Below, piece after piece: positions 42,997 through 51,546 of a stretch of 64,000 nucleotides of DNA. Source of the DNA: Pseudomonadota bacterium (GTDB taxonomy: Bacteria > Pseudomonadota > Alphaproteobacteria > Rhizobiales > UBA4765); assembly GCA_041694995.1 (NCBI GenBank), contig JBGFRS010000022.1:16996-80995 (forward strand), written 5' to 3'. The position numbers and the translations under genes are program-made. The stretch's first letter is position 1. The number at the start of each line of letters is the position of its first letter. The notes beneath the pieces were generated by a model. That model ran no database searches. It was given only the letters and a program-made list of their open reading frames with translations, and had not been told where the DNA came from.

Positions 42997-43730
42997 CAGG
43001 TCAGGACGAGCGCGAAAGCCTTCTCGGGCGGTGGGCGCGCCGCAAGCAGGCAGCGAAAGCCGACACTGCAGCCGCGCCGCCTCCCGCAGTTGAGCCGCCA
43101 GCCCCGAACGAAGAGGAGCTTGCGGCAAAACTCGCGACGCTGCCGAAGATCGAGGACGTGACCGCGGCAACCGACATCAAGGTCTTTCTCGAATCATGGG
43201 TTCCGGATGGGTTGCGCAACGCCGCGCTGCGCAAGGTCTGGGCGTCCGACCCGCATATCTCGACCTTCATCGAAACGGCGGATTATCAGTGGGATTGGAC
43301 GGTGCCGGGCGGGGCGCCGGGATCCGGGCCGCTTGACCCCGGGTTCAATGCTGAGCGCTTCATTGCCGAGATGTTCGAGCACCGCGCCGGGGCCGTTCGA
43401 GCAGACAACGGTGTGCGCGACGCTGAGTCGCAGCCGCACGCGGCGGTGGAAGCGCCGCGTTCATTCGGCGATGCCGCACTGCAGCATAGCGCGGCGACCG
43501 CACCGCGGGGGTCAGACGTGCACCTACGCAAAAATCGGGATGAGAGCCCGGATGAGCCGGAACGTGCCGAGGATTTGCGTGCCGGCAGTCTCGATCAGGG
43601 CGGCCGGGACGATTTCCAGGGCGATCACGGTGATTTTGCGGCGCAACAAGAACCCGGCCAGAATGCCGCGGAATCGGCCGCGAAACGACGTCGGCACGGC
43701 GGCGCCCTGCCGATTTGTCCGGAAAAATAG
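42993..43730 (+). CDS. DUF3306-like protein
   Basis: LGRWARRK, LRNAALRKVWASDP, ADYQWDW and C-terminal RRRHGGALP motifs. Confidence 0.8.
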   Translation: MTGQDERESLLGRWARRKQAAKADTAAAPPPAVEPPAPNEEELAAKLATLPKIEDVTAATDIKVFLESWVPDGLRNAALRKVWASDPHISTFIETADYQWDWTVPGGAPGSGPLDPGFNAERFIAEMFEHRAGAVRADNGVRDAESQPHAAVEAPRSFGDAALQHSAATAPRGSDVHLRKNRDESPDEPERAEDLRAGSLDQGGRDDFQGDHGDFAAQQEPGQNAAESAAKRRRHGGALPICPEK

Positions 43731-43757
43731 AAAAATAGCAGTTGCGGATGGTGCGGG

Positions 43758-43774
43758 CATAGGTTTTGACTATG
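43758..43774. promoter_or_regulatory. Inverted repeat CATAG-N7-CTATG upstream of the Cro-TorD gene (operator candidate)
   Basis: Seen directly 25 nt before ATG 43800; a related repeat lies at 40090-40108. Confidence 0.45.
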
Positions 43775-43799
43775 GCAGATTGGAATCTTTCCAGGTGCA

Positions 43800-44585
43800 A
43801 TGAAAGACGCAGGTCTCCAACAGGCGATCGAAGCGGCCGGTGGGGTGGGTGCCCTGGCGCGGGCCTTGGGCATTTCGCAGCCCTCCGTTTCCAATTGGTC
43901 CAAGGTTCCGGCCGAGCGCGTCGCCGCGGTGGAGGGGGTGACCGGCGTGTCCCGCGCTGTGCTGCGGCCTGATCTTTATGCGGATAACCCGATCATCGTG
44001 CCGCCACGCCCGGTCGATGAGGTCGACGCGGTCCGCGCGCAGCACTACCTCCTGCTCGCCAAGCTCCTGCGCCAAGCGCCGGATGCGGACGTCCTCGAGC
44101 GGCTCACTGGCCTCAAGGGGGATTCGACCGAGTTCGGCATGGCGCTGATCGCGCTGGCGGATGCCGCTGCAGCCGCGCGCGCCGATGCCGTCGGCAATGA
44201 ATTCTTCGCCGTGTTCATCGGCGTCGGCCGGGGCGAGGTTCTGCCCTACGGCTCGTATTACATGTCCGGCTTTCTGCACGAGCGGCCGCTGGCCCGCGTG
44301 CGCGAGGATCTGATCCGGCTCGGCATTGCGCGGGCCGATGGCGATTACGAACCGGAAGACCACATCGCGACGCTGTTCGAAGTGATGGCCGGCCTCATCG
44401 ATGGCACCTTCGATGCGGAGGCTGCCGAGCAGAAGAGGTTCTTCGACCGTCACCTGAAGCCCTGGGCAGGGCGCTTCTTCGTGGACGTCGAGATCAGCAA
44501 GCAGGCGGTGTTCTACAAGGCGGTAGCCGCCGTGGGACGCCTATTCGTGGAGATCGAGGCGGAGGCGTTCTCGATCGGATCATGA
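43800..44585 (+). CDS. Cro/YdaS-type HTH fused to a TorD/DmsD-family molybdoenzyme chaperone
   Basis: N-terminal AIEAAGGVGALARALGISQPSVSNW..VPAER..LRPDLY; C-terminal PYGSYY, EPEDHIA and FFDRHLKPW. Confidence 0.9.
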   Translation: MKDAGLQQAIEAAGGVGALARALGISQPSVSNWSKVPAERVAAVEGVTGVSRAVLRPDLYADNPIIVPPRPVDEVDAVRAQHYLLLAKLLRQAPDADVLERLTGLKGDSTEFGMALIALADAAAAARADAVGNEFFAVFIGVGRGEVLPYGSYYMSGFLHERPLARVREDLIRLGIARADGDYEPEDHIATLFEVMAGLIDGTFDAEAAEQKRFFDRHLKPWAGRFFVDVEISKQAVFYKAVAAVGRLFVEIEAEAFSIGS

Positions 44586-44631
44586 TCCGATCGAGGCCGT
44601 CCTGCTTCACCGTCGGTTGGAGGAGACGACG

Positions 44632-44838
44632 ATGGCAGACAAGACCAAAGACGCGGTCGGGCGGCGCGAATTCCTGCGCACGTTCGGGGCTGGCGCGTCC
44701 GTCGCGGCGATGGCGGCGGCGGCAACCACGGTTGCCGGGCCGGCCGAAGCCCGCGAGAGCCGGCAGGAAGCGCGGAAGGCCCGGTACCAGGCCAATTCCC
44801 CGCATGTGCAAGCATTCTACCGCACCAACCGTTACTGA
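44632..44838 (+). CDS. Small Tat-signal protein of the formate dehydrogenase region
   Basis: GRREFLR twin-arginine motif; C-terminal HVQAFYRTNRY; GGAGGAG SD. Confidence 0.85.
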   Translation: MADKTKDAVGRREFLRTFGAGASVAAMAAAATTVAGPAEARESRQEARKARYQANSPHVQAFYRTNRY

Positions 44839-44855
44839 ATTCGGAGGATCGCCCC

Positions 44856-47816
44856 ATGCTGGTCAAGCGCAGGGAAGCGAGCGCGACGCGCTCTTCGCTC
44901 CGTGAAAAAGTCGGCGTTCTCGCCACGGCGACCGTCGACCGCCGTTCGTTCCTCCGCCGCGCCGGTCTTGCCGCCAGCGGCGTCGCGGCCCTTGGAACGT
45001 TGAAGGTCGGCGCAGTGCGCCGGGCTGAAGCGGGGCCGGCGAACCATCGACAGCCGATCACGCTGAAGAAGAACATCTGCACGCACTGCTCGGTCGGCTG
45101 CACGGTCATTGCCGAGGTGCAGAACGGCACCTGGGTCGGCCAGGAATCCGCGTGGGATTCGCCGATCAATCGCGGCACGCACTGCGCCAAGGGCGCCTCG
45201 GTGCGCGAACTCGTCCACGGTGATCGCCGTATCAAGTATCCGATGAAGCTCGTCGACGGGAACTGGCGGCGCATCTCCTGGGATGTCGCCATCAACGAAA
45301 TCGGCGACCGCATGCTCCAGATCCGCGAGAGGAACGGTGCGGATTCCGTCTACCTGCTCGGCTCGGCGAAGTTCTCGAACGAAGGCGCGTATCTCTTCCG
45401 CAAATTCGCGGCCTTCTGGGGCACGAACAACGTCGACCACCAGGCCCGCATCTGTCACTCGACGACGGTTGCCGGCGTCGCCAACACCTGGGGCTACGGC
45501 GCGCAGACCAACTCCTACAACGACATCCGCAACGCCAAGACCATCATGTTCATGGGGTCGAACGCGGCGGAGGCGCACCCGGTTTCGATGCAGCACATCT
45601 TGACCGGCAAGGAGATCAACCGCGCCAACGTCATCGTTGCCGATCCGCGCTTCACGCGCACGGCCGCGCACGCCACCGAATATGTGCGCTTCCGCTCGGG
45701 CACGGACATTCCGCTGATCTGGGGCATGCTGCACCACATCTTCGCGAATGGCTGGGAAGACAAGGAGTTTATCAGGCAGCGCGTGCACGGCATGGATCAG
45801 ATCCGCGCCGAGGTCGCGAAATGGACTCCGGAAGAGGTCGAGCGCGTCACCGGCGTGCCCGGCGAGCAGTTGCGGCGCGTCGCGGAGAAGTTCGCGAAGG
45901 AACGCCCGTCGACCTTCATCTGGTGCATGGGCGCGACCCAGCACACGGTCGGTACGGCCAACGTTCGCGCGATCTGCGATCTCTTGCTTGCAACCGGTAA
46001 CGTCGGCGGCAACGGCAATGGCGCCAACATCTTCCGTGGCCACTGCAACGTGCAGGGCGCGACGGATATGGGCCTCGATGTCGGCAATTTGCCGCTCTAC
46101 TACGGCCTGGTCGAAGGCGCGTGGCGCCACTGGGCGCGCGTTTGGGAGGTCGAGTACGACTGGCTGCAATCGCGCTTCGACGAAGTGCCGGCGAAGGGTG
46201 GTCGCCCGGCCCGCGCCCGCAAGGCCAACATGGAGCTGCCGGGGCTCACCTCGACCCGCTGGTTCGATGCGACGAACCTGCCGGCCGAGCAGGTCGACCA
46301 GCGCGACAATCTCAAGGCGATGGTCGTGTTCGGCCACGGCGGCAACACCATCCCGCGCGTGCCGGATTCGGTGCGGGGCCTCGAGAATCTGGACCTCCTC
46401 GTCATCGCCGACCCGCATCCGACGAATTTCATTTCGCTGGCGCGGCGCCGAAACGGCACGTATCTTTTGCCGATCTGCACGCAGTTCGAGTGCGAGGGCT
46501 CGCGCACGGCGTCGAACCGCTCGATCCAGTGGGGCGAGAAGGTGGTCGAGCCGATCTTCGAGTCGGCGAACGACTACTTCGTCATCCACCGCCTCGCACA
46601 GAAGCTCGGCTTCGCCGACCGGATGTTCAAGAACATCCAGATGGTAAACGGCAAGTTCGGACCGGAGCCGCAGCCGGAATCGGTGCTCCGCGAGATCAAT
46701 CGCGGCGGATGGTCGACCGGCTACACCGGTCAGTCGCCGGAGCGTCTCAAGGCGCATATGGCGAACCAGGGCGTGTTCGATCTCGTCACGCTTCGCGCCC
46801 CGGCGACCGCGCCGCCGGAAGTGCGCGGCGACTATTACGGTCTGCCCTGGCCGTGCTGGGGCACGCCGGAGATGCGGCACCCTGGAACGCACGTGCTGTA
46901 CGACACCAACAAGCACGTGAAGGACGGCGGCGGCACCTTCCGCGCCCGCTTCGGTACGGAGCGTGAAGGCCAAACGCTGCTGGCGGAAGGCTCGTACTCG
47001 CTCGGCTCCGAACTGCGCGACGGCTATCCTGAGTTCACCATGGGCGTCATGCAGCGCCTGGGTTGGGACTCGCTCTTGACCGCGCGGGAGATGGAAGTGA
47101 TCCGCCGGATCGGCGGCAACAACATCGAAAACGTGTCTTGGGCGATCGACTTGTCCGGCGGCATCCAGCGCGTGTGCCTCGACAAGGGCGTCTCGCACTT
47201 CGGCAACGGCAAGGCCCGCGCGGTTGCGTGGAACCTGCCGGATCCCGTGCCTATCCATCGCGAGCCGATTTACTCCCCGCGCGTCGATCTCGTGCAGCGC
47301 TATCCTGCACGCAACGACGAACGGACCTTGCGCATGCCGAACCTCCACGCGACCTTCCAGCGGCGGGCGGTGGAGCAGCGCATCGCCGAGCGCTTCCCGA
47401 TCATCCTGACCTCGGGGCGTCTCGTCGAATACGAAGGCGGCGGCGAGGAAACGCGCTCCAACAAATGGCTCGCCGAACTGCAGCAGGACATGTTCGTCGA
47501 GATCAACCCGGCCGACGCGCAGGCCCGTGGCATCAGCGACGGACAATGGGTCCTCGTCCAAGGTCCGGAGATGCCACAGGACCGGTGGACGCGCGTCAAG
47601 GCGCTCGTCACCGAGCGGGTCGGGCGCGGCGTGGCCTTCATGCCCTTCCACTTCGGTGGATGGCTGATGGGCCAGGATCAGCGCGGGAACTATCCGCAGG
47701 GCACGGACCCGATTGTTCTTGGCGAGTCCGTGAACACCGTCACCACCTATGGCTACGATCCCGTGACCGCGATGCACGAAGGCAAGGTCACGCTGTGCCA
47801 AATCCGCGCCGCGTGA
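44856..47816 (+). CDS. Periplasmic Mo/W-bis-PGD formate dehydrogenase alpha subunit (FDH3-type, Cys ligand)
   Basis: Tat DRRSFLRR; CTHCSVGC...HCAKG Fe-S motif; ARICHSTT active site; RGHCNVQG. Confidence 0.96.
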   Translation: MLVKRREASATRSSLREKVGVLATATVDRRSFLRRAGLAASGVAALGTLKVGAVRRAEAGPANHRQPITLKKNICTHCSVGCTVIAEVQNGTWVGQESAWDSPINRGTHCAKGASVRELVHGDRRIKYPMKLVDGNWRRISWDVAINEIGDRMLQIRERNGADSVYLLGSAKFSNEGAYLFRKFAAFWGTNNVDHQARICHSTTVAGVANTWGYGAQTNSYNDIRNAKTIMFMGSNAAEAHPVSMQHILTGKEINRANVIVADPRFTRTAAHATEYVRFRSGTDIPLIWGMLHHIFANGWEDKEFIRQRVHGMDQIRAEVAKWTPEEVERVTGVPGEQLRRVAEKFAKERPSTFIWCMGATQHTVGTANVRAICDLLLATGNVGGNGNGANIFRGHCNVQGATDMGLDVGNLPLYYGLVEGAWRHWARVWEVEYDWLQSRFDEVPAKGGRPARARKANMELPGLTSTRWFDATNLPAEQVDQRDNLKAMVVFGHGGNTIPRVPDSVRGLENLDLLVIADPHPTNFISLARRRNGTYLLPICTQFECEGSRTASNRSIQWGEKVVEPIFESANDYFVIHRLAQKLGFADRMFKNIQMVNGKFGPEPQPESVLREINRGGWSTGYTGQSPERLKAHMANQGVFDLVTLRAPATAPPEVRGDYYGLPWPCWGTPEMRHPGTHVLYDTNKHVKDGGGTFRARFGTEREGQTLLAEGSYSLGSELRDGYPEFTMGVMQRLGWDSLLTAREMEVIRRIGGNNIENVSWAIDLSGGIQRVCLDKGVSHFGNGKARAVAWNLPDPVPIHREPIYSPRVDLVQRYPARNDERTLRMPNLHATFQRRAVEQRIAERFPIILTSGRLVEYEGGGEETRSNKWLAELQQDMFVEINPADAQARGISDGQWVLVQGPEMPQDRWTRVKALVTERVGRGVAFMPFHFGGWLMGQDQRGNYPQGTDPIVLGESVNTVTTYGYDPVTAMHEGKVTLCQIRAA

Positions 47817-47833
47817 TCGGGAGGACTTGAACC

Positions 47834-48430
47834 ATGGCCCGTATGAAGTTCCTGTGCGACGCCGACCGCTGCATCGAGTGCAACGCCTGCGTCACCGCCT
47901 GCAAGAACGAGCACGAGGTGCCCTGGGGCATCAACCGCCGGCGCGTCGTCACCATCAATGACGGCAAGCCGGGCGAGCGCTCGGTGTCGATGGCCTGCAT
48001 GCACTGCACCGACGCGCCCTGTGCCGCCGTGTGCCCCGTCGATTGCTTCTACACCACGGCCGACGCCGTGGTCCTGCACTCGAAGGATCTGTGCATCGGC
48101 TGCGGCTACTGCTTCTACGCCTGCCCGTTCGGCGCGCCGCAATATCCGCGCGTCGGCAATTTCGGTTCGCGCGGCAAGATGGACAAGTGCACCTATTGCG
48201 CCGGCGGTCCGGAAGCCGACATGACGGCAGCCGAGTACACGAAGTACGGCTCCAACCGTCTCGCGGAGGGTAAGCTGCCGATCTGCGCCGAGATGTGCTC
48301 GACGAAGTCGCTGCTCGCCGGCGATGGCGAAATCATCGCCCAGATCTATCGCGAGCGCGTCCAACGTCGCGGCTACGGCTCCGGCGCCTGGGGCTGGCGG
48401 ACGGCGTACCGGCAAACGATCAATGTGTGA
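47834..48430 (+). CDS. Formate dehydrogenase Fe-S (beta) subunit
   Basis: CIECNACVTAC, CMHCTDAPCAAVCP, CIGCGYCFYACP and DKCTYC motifs. Confidence 0.96.
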   Translation: MARMKFLCDADRCIECNACVTACKNEHEVPWGINRRRVVTINDGKPGERSVSMACMHCTDAPCAAVCPVDCFYTTADAVVLHSKDLCIGCGYCFYACPFGAPQYPRVGNFGSRGKMDKCTYCAGGPEADMTAAEYTKYGSNRLAEGKLPICAEMCSTKSLLAGDGEIIAQIYRERVQRRGYGSGAWGWRTAYRQTINV

Positions 48431-48449
48431 TCGTTTGCCCGACTTTGGC

Positions 48450-48552
48450 GATCGCCGCGGGCAGACGCGGCGATCACCGCTCGACGACAGGGCGCCCGAC
48501 GACAGGGCGCCCGACCGCATGGTGCAGGAAGCAAATGGTGCAAGAAGCAACC
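48450..48552. repeat. Intergenic hairpin plus short tandem duplications
   Basis: GATCGCCGCG-N6-CGCGGCGATC stem; (CGACGACAGGGCGCC)x2 at ~48482-48511; GGTGCARGAAGCAA x2. Confidence 0.7.
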
Positions 48553-48581
48553 GGGGGCGAACCCCTGAGGGAGGAACGGGA

Positions 48582-49592
48582 ATGCGCAGACTGGTATCGG
48601 CCGCACTCATCCTGATTGCCGCAATATGTGCCGTTCCGGCTCTGGCGCAAGATCGCCAGCCGACGCAGGTGAACCCCACCGCGCTGTCGGTGCAGGAGCA
48701 GCAGCTCTTTCAGCGCCTTCAGGGCGTTGGCCCGGCCGGCGGGCCGACGATCGGGGGGCGCGTGTCCATTCCCGACCAGCAATCGGCGAATCTGATCAAG
48801 CCGTCCGGCCGCGAATGGCAGCACTTCCATCAGGTCACGATGCCGTGGATCGGCGCCATTGCCATTCTCGGCATGGTGGTCGTGCTCGCCGTGTTCCGCT
48901 TCTCCAAAGGCAAGATCCCGATCGAGGGCGGCTCGTCCGGCCGCACGATCATTCGCTTCAACTCGCTCGATCGTTTCGCGCACTGGCTCACGGCGGGGTC
49001 GTTCATCGTCCTCGCCATCACCGGGCTCAACATCACCTTCGGCAAGTTCGTCGTGCTGCCGATCATCGGGCACGAAGCCTTCACGCCATGGTCGCAATTC
49101 GCCAAGTACGTCCACAATTTCTTGAGCTTCGCCTTCATGCTTGGCGTTGCGTTGATGTTCGTGATTTGGGTGAAGGACAACATCCCGAATGGCCGTGACG
49201 TGGCATGGATCCGTGAAGGCGGCGGGTTGATCGGCCATGGCCACCCCAAAGCAGACCGCTTCAACGCCGGCCAGAAATTGATCTTCTGGACCGTCATCCT
49301 CTCAGGTGTCGCTCTCTCGATCACGGGAATCATTCTGCTGTTCCCGTTGGAAGTGACGGAGGGGAACTGGAAGCTGTCGCAGATCATCCACGGCCTCGTC
49401 GGCCTCCTCACCATCGCCGTGATCATCGCCCACATCTACATCGGCTCCATCGGCATGGAGGGCGCCTTCGATGCCATGGGGTCGGGCGAGGTGGACCTGA
49501 ACTGGGCCCGCCAGCACCACGCGATTTGGGTTGAGAAGGAAATGGCGCGTCAGTCAGGCCGTGCTGGAGCAAGGGCCGTTCCCGCCGAGTGA
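48582..49592 (+). CDS. Formate dehydrogenase cytochrome b (gamma) subunit
   Basis: Signal peptide; RFAHW, KYVHN, RFNAGQK, IHG..AHIY and WARQHH heme-ligand pattern. Confidence 0.95.
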   Translation: MRRLVSAALILIAAICAVPALAQDRQPTQVNPTALSVQEQQLFQRLQGVGPAGGPTIGGRVSIPDQQSANLIKPSGREWQHFHQVTMPWIGAIAILGMVVVLAVFRFSKGKIPIEGGSSGRTIIRFNSLDRFAHWLTAGSFIVLAITGLNITFGKFVVLPIIGHEAFTPWSQFAKYVHNFLSFAFMLGVALMFVIWVKDNIPNGRDVAWIREGGGLIGHGHPKADRFNAGQKLIFWTVILSGVALSITGIILLFPLEVTEGNWKLSQIIHGLVGLLTIAVIIAHIYIGSIGMEGAFDAMGSGEVDLNWARQHHAIWVEKEMARQSGRAGARAVPAE

Positions 49593-49660
49593 CGGCCGAA
49601 CGCCGAAAGGATATGAGCAACCGGGCGCCATGAGCGCCCGGTTCGCGTTTCGAGGTCATC

Positions 49661-50179
49661 ATGCGCATTATCGGTTTGGCGGGCTGGAGCGGGGCCGGCA
49701 AGACGACGCTTGCGACCAAGCTCCTGCCGGAGATCATCGGCCGCGGCTTCACCGTCTCGACGCTGAAGCACGCGCATCATGCCTTCGACGTCGACACGCC
49801 AGGGAAGGATTCATACGTCCACCGCATGTCCGGTGCGACCGAGGTCCTGGTCTCCTCCGCGCGCCGCTGGGCCTTGATGCACGAGAACCGCGATGCGCCA
49901 GAGCCGCATCTTTCCGAACTCCTGGCGAAACTCGCGCCGGTCGACCTCGTTCTCGTCGAGGGCTTCAAACGCGATCCCCATCCCAAGATCGAGGTCTACC
50001 GGAAGGCGAACGGCAAGCCGTTCCTCCATCCCGGAGACGCCGCCATTCGGGCCGTCGCCTCGGACGTGCCCCTGCCCGACTGCCCTTTGCCGGTCGTGCA
50101 TCTCGACGAGGCTCGCGCCATCGCCGACGCCGTGCTCGCGCACGCAGCGCCGATCGCGCGGTTCCTGCAGGCGAGGTAA
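49661..50179 (+). CDS. mobB: Molybdopterin-guanine dinucleotide biosynthesis protein B
   Basis: GWSGAGKTTL, KHAHHAFDVD.PGKDS and LVEGFK motifs. Confidence 0.95.
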   Translation: MRIIGLAGWSGAGKTTLATKLLPEIIGRGFTVSTLKHAHHAFDVDTPGKDSYVHRMSGATEVLVSSARRWALMHENRDAPEPHLSELLAKLAPVDLVLVEGFKRDPHPKIEVYRKANGKPFLHPGDAAIRAVASDVPLPDCPLPVVHLDEARAIADAVLAHAAPIARFLQAR

Positions 50180-50180
50180 G

Positions 50181-51434
50181 ATGGCGCAACTCACCGATGA
50201 CGCGCTGGCCTTCGGCGGAACACTGTCGACCGTGGACGACGCCATTGCCGGCTTTCGAACGCATCTGCGCCCGGTCGCCGACATCGAGACCGTCAGCTTG
50301 GCTGCGGCGGACGGGCGAGTCCTGGCCCGCGACGTCATCGCCCCGCTCGCCATACCGTCCTTCGCGAACGCGGCGGTCGACGGCTACGCCGTGCGAATGG
50401 CGGACATCGCCGCGCACGGCGAGACGACGCTTCTGGTGGTCGCCCGCGTCATCGCCGGCAGCGCGGCAGCAACCGCTCTGAGGCCGGGCGAGGCCATTCG
50501 CGTCTTCACCGGCGCGCCGCTCCCCCCGGGCGCCGATACGGTCTACATGCAGGAGGATGTGCGCCTGGAGGATGGCCGCGTCATTGTGCCCGGCGGCCTG
50601 CGGCAGGGGGCCAATGTCCGCTTCATCGGCGAGGATCTGGCGCAGGGCGCCGTCGCAGTGTCGGCGGGCCGCCGCCTCAGGCCGGAAGACCTCGGCCTTG
50701 CCGCGGCGCTTGGCATCGCTCGCCTGGACGTGCGCCGCCGGCTTCGGGTCGCGGTGGTCTCGACCGGCAACGAGGTCGTCGAACCCGGATCCGCGCTCCC
50801 GACCGCCGCCCTCTACGATGCCAACCGTTTCATTCTCGCGGCGCTCGTCCGCCGGGCCGGGGCCGAAGTGCTCGATCTCGGCATCGTACGCGACGATCGT
50901 GCCGCGATCGCCGCGGCGCTTGCCGATGCGGCCGGGCGCGCGGATGTCATCATCACCTCGGGGGGCGTTTCGACCGGCGACGAGGACCATGTCAAGGCGG
51001 CGGTCGAGGCCGCCGGTCGCCTGGTCTGGTGGCGCATCGGCATCAAGCCGGGCCGGCCCGTGGCGATGGGGGTGGTCCGCGGAGCGGCCTTTCTCGGCTT
51101 GCCCGGCAACCCTGTCGCGGCCTTCGTCACCTTCACCCAGATCGTTCGCCCCTTGCTCGCTGCCCTTGCCGGCGAAGCCTGGGCGCCGCCCCGTCCCACC
51201 CGCGTCATGAGCCGCTTCGTCCACGAGAAGAAAGCAGGCCGGCGCGAATTCGTCCGCGTCCGCCTCGAAACGGGCGCGGACGGCACCTTGGTCGCGCTCA
51301 AGCACGTGCAGGACGGGGCGGGTGTCATCACCTCTCTCACCGCCTCGCATGGCCTTGTTGCGCTGCCTGAGAGCGTCACGCGCGTCGAGATCGGCGACTG
51401 GGTCGACTTCATCGCCTTTGCGCTGCTCGACTGA
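50181..51434 (+). CDS. moeA: Molybdopterin molybdotransferase
   Basis: AAVDGYA, FTGAP, STGNEV, SGGVSTG, IKPGRP and LPGNPV motifs. Confidence 0.95.
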   Translation: MAQLTDDALAFGGTLSTVDDAIAGFRTHLRPVADIETVSLAAADGRVLARDVIAPLAIPSFANAAVDGYAVRMADIAAHGETTLLVVARVIAGSAAATALRPGEAIRVFTGAPLPPGADTVYMQEDVRLEDGRVIVPGGLRQGANVRFIGEDLAQGAVAVSAGRRLRPEDLGLAAALGIARLDVRRRLRVAVVSTGNEVVEPGSALPTAALYDANRFILAALVRRAGAEVLDLGIVRDDRAAIAAALADAAGRADVIITSGGVSTGDEDHVKAAVEAAGRLVWWRIGIKPGRPVAMGVVRGAAFLGLPGNPVAAFVTFTQIVRPLLAALAGEAWAPPRPTRVMSRFVHEKKAGRREFVRVRLETGADGTLVALKHVQDGAGVITSLTASHGLVALPESVTRVEIGDWVDFIAFALLD

Positions 51435-51546
51435 CCGTCACCAACCGACATCGAATGTGAATGGACGCCGCAACCTGACCGGGGCAATGGCCGGCGCTGC
51501 GGCGTCTTGCGCACACCGCCACGCGCACCTGTTAGGGGCAAATGAT

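Noticed and set aside
45453..45455. Possible selenocysteine in the FDH alpha subunit
   Set aside because: The active-site codon is TGT (Cys) in RICHS and the frame has no internal TGA
44832..47801. 989-aa minus-strand ORF, and similar long antisense ORFs at 25534-27192, 29010-30491, 36316-37845, 52557-54752 and 60943-63087
   Set aside because: Shadow ORFs opposite well-supported genes; expected in high-GC DNA and lacking recognisable motifs
48482..48515. CRISPR-like repeat
   Set aside because: Only two adjacent 15-bp copies, no spacers and no cas genes
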